DNA of 64,000 nucleotides from assembly GCA_963779755.1 (NCBI GenBank), contig CAVZZO010000003.1:288001-352000 (forward strand), in the 5' to 3' direction. The notes beneath the pieces were generated by a model, which saw only the letters and a list, made by a program, of their open reading frames with translations, did no database searches and was not told where the DNA came from. Source of the stretch: an uncultured Gemmatimonadales bacterium. Lineage in GTDB: Bacteria > Gemmatimonadota > Gemmatimonadetes > Gemmatimonadales > GWC2-71-9. Numbering within the stretch: the first letter of the stretch is position 1; each line of letters starts with the position of its first letter. Positions 36,301-44,424 of this stretch are shown here, in pieces. The position numbers and the translations under genes were made by a program.

Positions 36301-36575
36301 CTACCGCTGTTCCTGTGCCCATGCCGCGTACCCCACCACCAGAGGCCCGAAGGTCCCCAGCAGCAGACCGGAATAGAACAGGGCTTCGCCATAGTCATAC
36401 GCCTCGATGTGGAAGCTCAGGGCGAGCAGGCCCACACCCGCGAGTAGAAAGCCAGCGAGACCAGGATGACCCCGCAGATCCGTCGCCGGACGCGGCGCTC
36501 TTCCTGTCGGGTCCACTCAGCGTGCCGTCGCTCCTGCGCCAGCCGCTCGTCGGAGAGGGTGAGGAGATTCGCCAT
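36301..36575 (-). pseudogene. Small membrane protein gene with a 1-nt frameshift near 36443
   Basis: ATG 36575 reads MANLLTLSDERLAQERR...ICGVILVSLAF. The second frame continues LAGVGLLALSFH...WAQEQR. The span is 275 nt, and restoring one C gives a 91-aa ORF. Confidence 0.6.
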
Positions 36576-36674
36576 GGCTGCAGCGCCGGACGGTCTCCCG
36601 GCGTCTTCTCAATTTCCTGCCCGGCGGCCGGAACTGCAAGCCTGGGGGAGATAGCGCCGGAGCGCCGGGCGGCG

Positions 36675-37328
36675 TCAACGCGGGCCGGCGACGCCCTTCA
36701 GTGCCGCGCGGTGACTGGCCAGGGCTTCGTCATAGGAGGCGGCGGCAAACCCCAGATCGCGCAGAAGGCCATCCTGCAGCCGGTAGATCCACCCGTGCAC
36801 CGCGAGGGGCTGGCCTCGCGCCCAGGCGTCCTGGACCACCGTTGTCCGGCAGACATGCACCGCCTGCTCCAGCACGTTGAGGGCGCAGAGCAGGTCGATG
36901 CGCGCCGCGTCGTCGGCGCAGCCGCCCAGCAGGCCCGCATGCCGCTCGGCCACATCCTGCACATGCCGGAGCCAGTTGTCGATCAGTCCGAGCGGCTGGG
37001 CGCGCCAGGCCGCCTGGACGCCGCCGCAGCCGTAATGACCGCAGACAATGATGTGCTCGACCTTGAGAACCTCGACCGCATACTGCACCACCGAAAGGCA
37101 GTTGAGATCGGTGTGCACCACCACGTTCGCCACATTACGATGGACGAACATCTCCCCCGGGTCCAGCCCGGTGATCTCATTGGCGGGGACCCGGCTGTCG
37201 GCGCAGCCGATCCAGAGGTAGCGGGGATTCTGCTGATGGGCCAGCCGGTCAAAGAACCGCGGGTTCCGTGCGGTCATGCCACGGGCCCAGGCCTGGTTCC
37301 TGGCGAGCAGGTTTGCGAGGGGGTCCAT
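36675..37328 (-). CDS. can: Beta-class carbonic anhydrase
   Basis: WIGCADSRV, FVHRNVAN, CGHYGCGG, HGWIY...G. Confidence 0.95.
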   Translation of the reverse strand: MDPLANLLARNQAWARGMTARNPRFFDRLAHQQNPRYLWIGCADSRVPANEITGLDPGEMFVHRNVANVVVHTDLNCLSVVQYAVEVLKVEHIIVCGHYGCGGVQAAWRAQPLGLIDNWLRHVQDVAERHAGLLGGCADDAARIDLLCALNVLEQAVHVCRTTVVQDAWARGQPLAVHGWIYRLQDGLLRDLGFAAASYDEALASHRAALKGVAGPR

Positions 37329-37546
37329 GGCGGTGGAAGATACTCAAGCCGCGCCCGGGGACAGGCCGGTCCATCTCAAGTGCTTGCCCTGCAATGGGAT
37401 GCCATCGCCGGCCGGCAGCGTCAGGAGCGTCGCCCGCAGCCGGGAAACGGGGGGACGTATGGTCCGTGTTGTCCCGGAGAGGAGTCGCGCTCATCGCTGG
37501 CCGCCACCCTGCCGCGAGGATGCCGGCAGACAACCCTGCATCTCAC

Positions 37547-37575
37547 TTGACGTGGCGGCGGCCGCTCAACACCTT
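37547..37575 (+). promoter_or_regulatory. Candidate sigma70 promoter for susC
   Basis: TTGACG-N17-CACCTT, followed by the LacI-like TTGGAGCGTTTCCG at 37599-37612. Confidence 0.35.
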
Positions 37576-37888
37576 AAAGCGGCTGCAGGCGCGCAGAGTT
37601 GGAGCGTTTCCGTGCCTCCCCCCTCTGGCGTCCGCGTTACCTGATCCGTAGACTAACCCCCGCCCCAGGACATGTCCCCCTGCCCTGGCGCAATCGATGT
37701 GCTGCCAAGGTGATAACACAGGGCAACATGCGGGATCTTCGATCTCCTGCAGGGTCCAGTTGTCCGTCCTCTTACCGCGCTCCAGGCGCGGCGTCGGGCC
37801 GTCGGCCCGGCGCCTTGGTGTTTTCCACCGCTCCGGACGCTCTCCGACGGGGCTTTTCCAGTAGCTCACATCTGAAAGGACGTAGCAC

Positions 37889-40849
37889 ATGAAATGGCTA
37901 CGCTACGGAACCGGCGTGGTCCTGGCAGCACTCTGGATTACGCCGCTCGGCGCCCAGGAGCCCACAGGCACCATCCGCGGGCAGGTGACTGACGCCACCT
38001 CGCAAAAGCCGCTGCAGGGCGTGACCATCAGCATCGGCGGTCATGTCGCGCAGAGCGGGACCGATGGTCGCTATTCCATCGGCGGTATCGCGGCCGGTAC
38101 CGATACCCTCCATGCGCGGATGATCGGCTATGATGCGATCGGGCGTGCAGTGACCGTGCGGGCGGGCGAAACGATCGACGTCGCTCTCGCCATGAGCGCG
38201 CATGCGCTGAACCTGGCGGAGATCGTGGCCGTCGGCTACGGCGAGCAACAGGCGGGTAACATCACGGGCGCCGTCTCCCAACTCAACTCGGACGAGTTCA
38301 ACACCGGGCGGGTCGTAACCCCCTCCGAGCTGATTCAGAACAAGGTGGCCGGCGTTCAGGTGGTCGAGAGCAACGAGCCCGGCGGGACCACGCAGATCCG
38401 GATCCGCGGCAACACTTCCACCACGGCGAGCAACAACCCGCTGATCGTGGTTGACGGCATGCCGCTGGCATCCGGGACGAACATCGGACGTGACCCTCTC
38501 AATTTCATCAACTCCGAGGATATCGCGAGCATCACCGTGCTGCGCGACGCCTCGGCTGCCTCGATCTACGGGACCAATTCGGCCAACGGCGTGATCCTGA
38601 TCACCACCAAGAAGGGCCAGGGCGCACCGAGCATCGAGTACAGCGGCAGCGTGTCGGCCTCCACGGTGAACGGCCTGCCCTCGATGCTGAACAACGCCCA
38701 GTTCCGGACCGCGGTGGAGCAGTACGCGCCCCAGAACGTGAACCAGCTGGGCAATTCCGCCACCTACTGGTTCAACCAGGTGGACCGCACGGCGATCGGA
38801 CAGGAGCAGAACGTGGCCATTTCCGGGGCGGGCGAAAGCAACAACTACCGGATCTCGGCCAACTACCTGGACCAGCAGGGCGTGATGAAGGGGACGGAAA
38901 CCCAGCGCATGTCACTGGGGGTCAACTACAACCAGCTGCTCTTCAAGGACAAACTGAACCTCCGGCTGAGCCTGCGCGGATCGCGGGCCGTGGAGCACTT
39001 CACGCCCGGCGGCGTGATTTCGAACGCGGCCCAGATGGGCCCGACCCAGCCAATTTACGACAGCACCAGCGCGACGGGTTTCTTCAATTGGACCGGCGGC
39101 ATCCAGTCGGCCGATAATCCGGTCGAAATCCTGGACCTGTCGAAGAACCAGGGCAACACCCTGCGCAGCGTGGGGAACGTCCAGGCCAGCTATCAGCTGC
39201 CGCGCATCAGCGGTCTCTCGGCGAACGTCAACCTCGGCTACGACGTGAGCAAAGCCAGCCAGGTCAGCTTCAGTCCGAGCGTGCTGCACGCGCAGATCAA
39301 GAACGGGAACTACGGCAACTACTTCCGGCAGGATCCCTACCAGCTCAACAGCACCATCGAGCCGTACCTGGATTATCTGGTTCCCCGCCAGCTGGGGCCG
39401 GGGAACCTGGAGCTGACGGCAGGGTATTCCTACACGAAGTTGCACTCCGAGTTTCCGCAGACCTCGGTCGACAGTTTGAGCACCAACCAGCTGGGCATCA
39501 ACGGAATTCCGGCGGCCAAGACCGTCAACAGCCGGCAATACGTGGCCGAGAGCAAGCTCATCTCGTTCTTCGGTCGAGCGAACTACAATATCAAGGACCG
39601 CTACATCCTTAACATGAGCCTCCGGCGCGACGGCTCGTCGCGGTTCGGCCCCGGCAACCAGTGGGGCACGTTCCCCTCGGTGGCCGCCGCGTGGCGTATC
39701 TCGGAGGAATCGTTCATTCCACGCTCCTGGAACCTCTCGGATCTCAAGCTGCGGGCCTCCTGGGCGGAGACTGGGAACCAGAGCTTCGGTGATTATCTCT
39801 GGTCCACCGCCTACACCGTGAGCGACGCCGAGGCGCAGTACTGGATGGGCGCCGACGGGTTCGTAACCACGATCCGTCCCAGCGCGGTGGATACCAACGT
39901 CAAGTGGGAGCAGACCCGCTCGGTCGACGTGGGTCTTGATTTCGGGTTTGCCAACCAGCGGTTCACCGGCTCGATAGACTGGTACGACAAGAAGACCAGC
40001 GACCTGATCTTCTCTGTCCCGGCGGCTGCCGGAACCGTCCCGGGCGACTTCATCACCACCAACCTGGGAAGCATGCGCAACCGGGGCATCGAGTTCAGCC
40101 TGAGTGCCAACGTGTTGCGCGGCGGGTCGACCGGACGGGGACTCCGCTGGACGACCGATTTCACCGCTTCCCACCTCAGCAATGAGCTGCTGACCATCAC
40201 GCCGTACGGCGGCGGGGGCCAGCAGATCCTGGTGGGCGGCATCGCCGGCGGCGTGGGCCAGACCATCCAGGTCTATACTCCGGGCGTGCCGGTCAATTCG
40301 TTCTTCGTGTACAAGCAGAAGTACGATGCCGCCGGCAAGCCGATCCAGGGCGAGTATGAGGACCTGAACGGCGACGGGATCATCAATCAGCTCGATCTCC
40401 GGCCGTTCCATGATCCGGCCCCACACTGGATGTTCGGCCACTCCTCCTACCTGAATTACAGGAATTTCGACCTGAGCTTCACCCTGCGGGCATACCTGGG
40501 CAACTACGTCTACAACAACGTCGCGTCCAACCTGGGTAGCTATTCCGAGGTCACCCGCGGCTCACCCTATAACTTGCACTCCTCCGTGCTGGAGACCGGG
40601 TTCACCACGCCGCAGTACTTCTCGGATTACTACGTGGAGAAGGCGTCGTTCCTCCGCATGGATAACCTGACGCTCGGGTATTCCTTCAACCTCCGGGGAC
40701 AGGCCGCGCGACTGTACGGAACCGTGCAGGACGTCTTCACGATCACCGGTTACAGCGGCGTGGATCCTACCGCCGGCATCAACGGCATTGACAACAACCT
40801 CTATCCCCGCTCCCGCATCTTCACCGGCGGCATGAGCATCCGGTTCTGA
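37889..40849 (+). CDS. susC: SusC/RagA family TonB-dependent receptor
   Basis: Signal peptide, carboxypeptidase-like N domain, VGYG, IRIRG, PLIVVDG, DIASITVLRDASAASIYG...NGVI.ITTK, DGSSRF, YSGVDP, YPR, terminal F. Confidence 0.95.
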   Translation: MKWLRYGTGVVLAALWITPLGAQEPTGTIRGQVTDATSQKPLQGVTISIGGHVAQSGTDGRYSIGGIAAGTDTLHARMIGYDAIGRAVTVRAGETIDVALAMSAHALNLAEIVAVGYGEQQAGNITGAVSQLNSDEFNTGRVVTPSELIQNKVAGVQVVESNEPGGTTQIRIRGNTSTTASNNPLIVVDGMPLASGTNIGRDPLNFINSEDIASITVLRDASAASIYGTNSANGVILITTKKGQGAPSIEYSGSVSASTVNGLPSMLNNAQFRTAVEQYAPQNVNQLGNSATYWFNQVDRTAIGQEQNVAISGAGESNNYRISANYLDQQGVMKGTETQRMSLGVNYNQLLFKDKLNLRLSLRGSRAVEHFTPGGVISNAAQMGPTQPIYDSTSATGFFNWTGGIQSADNPVEILDLSKNQGNTLRSVGNVQASYQLPRISGLSANVNLGYDVSKASQVSFSPSVLHAQIKNGNYGNYFRQDPYQLNSTIEPYLDYLVPRQLGPGNLELTAGYSYTKLHSEFPQTSVDSLSTNQLGINGIPAAKTVNSRQYVAESKLISFFGRANYNIKDRYILNMSLRRDGSSRFGPGNQWGTFPSVAAAWRISEESFIPRSWNLSDLKLRASWAETGNQSFGDYLWSTAYTVSDAEAQYWMGADGFVTTIRPSAVDTNVKWEQTRSVDVGLDFGFANQRFTGSIDWYDKKTSDLIFSVPAAAGTVPGDFITTNLGSMRNRGIEFSLSANVLRGGSTGRGLRWTTDFTASHLSNELLTITPYGGGGQQILVGGIAGGVGQTIQVYTPGVPVNSFFVYKQKYDAAGKPIQGEYEDLNGDGIINQLDLRPFHDPAPHWMFGHSSYLNYRNFDLSFTLRAYLGNYVYNNVASNLGSYSEVTRGSPYNLHSSVLETGFTTPQYFSDYYVEKASFLRMDNLTLGYSFNLRGQAARLYGTVQDVFTITGYSGVDPTAGINGIDNNLYPRSRIFTGGMSIRF

Positions 40850-40884
40850 ACGGGAAACCCGATCCTATGATAAGGGACAGAATC

Positions 40885-42450
40885 ATGACTCGCAGATTCC
40901 GCAGCCTTCTCCTCGGTGCCGCCGCCGCGCTGAGTCTGGGCCTGGGTGCCTGCACCGACCCGACCACCAGCCCGCTGAGCACCATCGGCGAGGGAGTGAC
41001 CTTCAACGACCCGAGCTCGTATCTGGCGTTCCTGGCCAAGATCTACGCCGGGCTTTCGACCAGCGGCCAGCAGGGGCCGGCGGGCGACGGGGACATTTCC
41101 ACCATCAACGACGAGGGCTTCTCGCAGTACATGCGGCTCTACTGGGAGCACCAGGAGCTGCCGACGGACGAGGCCGTGCTCGCCTGGAACGACGGTTCGG
41201 TCCAGGACTTCAATAGCATGGTGTGGGGATCGGCCAACGATTTCCTCTCCGCCATGTTCGCCCGGATTTATCTCCAAGTCACGTGGAGCAACCTCTTCCT
41301 GGCCGAAACCACGGATGAGAAGCTCGCGGAACGGGGCGTCAGTAACGCGCTGAAGACCAAGATCACGCAGTACCGCGCCGAAGCCCGTTTCCTCCGAGCG
41401 TTGAGTTACTGGCACGGACTGGACCTGTTCGGCTCGATTCCGATCGTGACGGCGAACAACCCCACCCCACCGCAGCAGAACACCCGGCAGGAGGTCTACG
41501 ATTTCGTGGTGAGCGAGTTGAATGATATCAAGCCGGACCTGCCCTCAGCGGGCCCCGGCACCTACGGCCGCGCCACCAAGGAAGCCGCCGACATGCTGCT
41601 GGCCAACATCTACCTCAACGCCGAAGTGTACACCGGCACGCCCCACTATGCCGAGGCGCTGGCGGCGGCGCAGGCGGTGATCGCCGGCCCGTTCTCGCTG
41701 GATCCATCCTATGCCCATCTGTTCCAGGCGGATAACAATACCTCGCCGGAAATCATCTTCCCGGTCGTTCAGGACGGGATTCACAGCCAGAGTTACGGCG
41801 GAACGACGTTCCTGATCCATGCCGCCTGCGGTGGGGATATGGATCCGAGTGTGTATGGGGTGGACGGCTGCTGGTGGGGGCTGCGACTGAAGCCCGAGGC
41901 GTACAACATGGTTTCGACGGACCCTCGACACAGCGGATACCTGTTCAGCACGAACCAGACGGTGGGGATCTCCTCCCTGACCAATTTCAACGACGGGATC
42001 GCCGCGCCCAAGTTCACCAACAAGACTTCGACCGGCGGTACGGGCTCGAACATCGCGTTCCCGGACACCGATTTCCCGATGTTCCGGCTGGGAGAGGCGT
42101 ACCTGATCTATGCCGAGGCCGCCGTTCGCACCAACAGCAATCTGCCGCAGGCGCTCGCCTATGTGAACGCCCTGCGCGAACGCGCCTATGGAAACACCAG
42201 CGGTGATATCACCGCGCCCGAGCTCACCTTGCAGTTCCTGCTGGACGAGCGCATGCGAGAGCTCCTCTGGGAAGCCCACCGGCGCACCGACCTGATCCGC
42301 TTCGGCGTGTTCACGGGCGGCACGTACCTCTGGGCCTGGAAGGGCAACGTCGAGGCGGGCCAGGCAACCGATGCCCACCTGGACCTGTATCCGATTCCGG
42401 CCAAGCAGCTTTCGGCCAACCCCAACCTCACGCAGAACCCCGGATACTGA
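40885..42450 (+). CDS. susD: SusD/RagB family glycan-binding lipoprotein (starch-SusD-like)
   Basis: Lipobox LGAC, DEGFSQY.R..W..QELPTDE, EARFLRA..Y, FRL.E.YL..AEA, ERMRELLWE.HRRTDL.RF, QNPGY. Confidence 0.93.
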   Translation: MTRRFRSLLLGAAAALSLGLGACTDPTTSPLSTIGEGVTFNDPSSYLAFLAKIYAGLSTSGQQGPAGDGDISTINDEGFSQYMRLYWEHQELPTDEAVLAWNDGSVQDFNSMVWGSANDFLSAMFARIYLQVTWSNLFLAETTDEKLAERGVSNALKTKITQYRAEARFLRALSYWHGLDLFGSIPIVTANNPTPPQQNTRQEVYDFVVSELNDIKPDLPSAGPGTYGRATKEAADMLLANIYLNAEVYTGTPHYAEALAAAQAVIAGPFSLDPSYAHLFQADNNTSPEIIFPVVQDGIHSQSYGGTTFLIHAACGGDMDPSVYGVDGCWWGLRLKPEAYNMVSTDPRHSGYLFSTNQTVGISSLTNFNDGIAAPKFTNKTSTGGTGSNIAFPDTDFPMFRLGEAYLIYAEAAVRTNSNLPQALAYVNALRERAYGNTSGDITAPELTLQFLLDERMRELLWEAHRRTDLIRFGVFTGGTYLWAWKGNVEAGQATDAHLDLYPIPAKQLSANPNLTQNPGY

Positions 42451-42541
42451 TCCGGGGTCGCTGCGTGCACCAACCCTCCGCAGCTCCGCCGCCAGACCGG
42501 CGGCGGGGCTGTGGCCCGTGCCTGAATCTGCTACCTATAAC

Positions 42542-42760
42542 ATGAGGCGTCCTCTCCCGCTGGCCGCGGGCGGCGTACTCCTGTTCGGCGAGCATTGCTA
42601 CCGGCATGCCCCCCAGTACGTACTGCGACCGCCTTTCGGGGGGGGATCCAAGGCGCAAGGTGTGCCGGCCGGAGCATCACGGTCGCCGCGGACGGCACGG
42701 TCCAGGTCGCCCTGCCGCCCATGACGGCACTGGTGATCGATGCCGCGACCGGGCTCCGAA
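42542..42760 (+). pseudogene. Alpha-amylase relic: signal peptide joined to an Aamy_C (GH13 C-terminal) domain, frameshifted
   Basis: MRRPLPLAAGGVLLF, then in another frame TGMPPSTYCDRLSGG, a G8 run at 42638-42645, then IQGARCAGRSITVAADGTVQVALPPMTALVID. This resembles the TxLPAGTYCD..SG...C.G..V.V..DG pattern. Confidence 0.75.
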
Positions 42761-42808
42761 ATTGTTTCGCTGTCAGCTGCCTCCAGGCTGCCTCCGGTCG
42801 TTCATGGA

Positions 42809-42986
42809 GAATCCACAGATTACACAGATTGTCACAGATTCTGCTCTGATAGAACCGTGGTTCCAGCCGGGTTCTCCGGCTACGGGATGAAAACGCAATC
42901 AACGTTTGAGTGGTCAGGGCAAGGCTCCGTGGAGCTGCGCAAGTGAAGGAGATAAATCTGTGTCAATCTGTGTAATCTGTGGATTC
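42809..42986. repeat. MITE/REP-like element with 32-bp terminal inverted repeats
   Basis: GAATCCACAGATTACACAGATTGTCACAGATT (42809-42840) and AATCTGTGTCAATCTGTGTAATCTGTGGATTC (42955-42986) are complementary at 31 of 32 positions. Confidence 0.85.
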
Positions 42987-43065
42987 CCAACCGGACCGAA
43001 GCCCGTCGGACACCGCGAGGGTCCGCCGTAAGGAACCGGCGTTTCTAGCTGAGGAGACTTCTTTG

Positions 43066-44424
43066 ATGCGATATGCTCGCTGGTGCCTCCAGGCCGCCCT
43101 GGCACTGGGCACTCTGCTCGCCGCGCCTGCCCTGCGGGCGCAGCAGGCCTCGGCCGACACCTCGTGGGTCGCCCGCAGCGCGCTCTACGAGGTGTTTACC
43201 CAGGACTTCTCGGCGCGGGGCACGCTGCAGGGCGTCACCGACGGCCTGGACCGCATCCAGGCCTCGGGCGCCAACGTGATCTGGCTCATGCCGGTGCAGC
43301 CGGTGGGCATTCTGAAGCACAAAGGTACCCTGGGCTCTCGCTACGCCATCAGGGACTACATGGCGATCGATTCCACCTATGGGACCGCGGCGGACTTCCG
43401 GGCCCTGGTGGACGCGGCGCACGAGCGGGGCATGAAGGTCATCCTCGACTGGGTGCCGGACCACACCGCCCCGGATCATCCCTGGGTGCGGCAACACCCT
43501 GACTGGTACATCCACGACGCGCAGGGGAACCCGGCCGTTCCCCGCGACCCGGGTGGCAAGCCGACCGACTGGACCGACGTGGTCCAGCTCGACTACCAGA
43601 GCCCGGAGCTGCGGCAGGTGATGATCAATGCCATGCGGGACTGGCTCACGCACTTCGACCTGGACGGCTTCCGGATGGACGTGGCCGGGTTCATTCCGGG
43701 CGATTTCTGGCGCCAGGCGATCCCGGCGCTCCGGGCGTCGGTCTCCCGGCGCATCCTGCTGCTGGCGGAGGCGGGCGAGCCTGAGCTCACGAGCGACGGG
43801 TTCGACCTCATCTACGCCTGGGACAGCTATGCCCGCCTCAAGGCCGTCTGGCGCGGGGCCCCGGCCGCGAGCTTCCTGCCCCCGGAGATCGCCGACCTCC
43901 GGGCCCTGCCACCCACTGGCGCGCGGATGCGGTTCACCACCAACCACGACGAAACGGCATGGGACGCTCCGCCGGTGAAGCTCTTTGGTGGACCCGACGG
44001 GGCCCGGGCCGCTTTTGTCGCGATGGCGCTGCTGCCGGGGCGCCCCCTGCTCTACAACGGGCAGGAGGTGGAAAGCCCACAGCAACTCGGCATCTTCGAG
44101 AAAGAGGCGATCGCCTGGAACCAGCCGGACGCAGACGTGGCCCGCGCCTTCTACGCCCGGGTCGTGCGGCTGGATACGAGCGACCCGTCCCTGCTGCGCC
44201 GGGACCTGGAGCAGGTGACCACCACCGATCCGGCGGATCTGATCGCTTACCGCCGGGGCGACCTTCTGATCGTGGTCAATACGCGAGATCATCCGCTCCA
44301 GCTGACGATCCCGGGACTCGAGCTCCGCGGAACCCGCAATCTGCTCACCGATGAGATCATGCCGGGCGGCCCCATCACCCTGCGGGCCTACGGCGCCCTG
44401 CTGCTCCGGGCGCCGGCTCCATGA
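43066..44424 (+). CDS. GH13 alpha-amylase family, secreted
   Basis: Signal peptide, DWVPDH, GFRMDVAG, LLAEA, FTTNHD. Confidence 0.92.
   Translation: MRYARWCLQAALALGTLLAAPALRAQQASADTSWVARSALYEVFTQDFSARGTLQGVTDGLDRIQASGANVIWLMPVQPVGILKHKGTLGSRYAIRDYMAIDSTYGTAADFRALVDAAHERGMKVILDWVPDHTAPDHPWVRQHPDWYIHDAQGNPAVPRDPGGKPTDWTDVVQLDYQSPELRQVMINAMRDWLTHFDLDGFRMDVAGFIPGDFWRQAIPALRASVSRRILLLAEAGEPELTSDGFDLIYAWDSYARLKAVWRGAPAASFLPPEIADLRALPPTGARMRFTTNHDETAWDAPPVKLFGGPDGARAAFVAMALLPGRPLLYNGQEVESPQQLGIFEKEAIAWNQPDADVARAFYARVVRLDTSDPSLLRRDLEQVTTTDPADLIAYRRGDLLIVVNTRDHPLQLTIPGLELRGTRNLLTDEIMPGGPITLRAYGALLLRAPAP

Noticed and set aside
11405..37328. Calling the Kor/PFOR/Rnf/carbonic anhydrase set an rTCA carbon-fixation locus
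   Set aside because: No ATP-citrate lyase, citryl-CoA enzymes or fumarate reductase in the window, so direction cannot be inferred from sequence.
42486..42506. Rho-independent terminator after susD
   Set aside because: A GC stem (CCGCCGCC/GGCGGCGG) is present but there is no U-tract. At most it is a stabilising hairpin.
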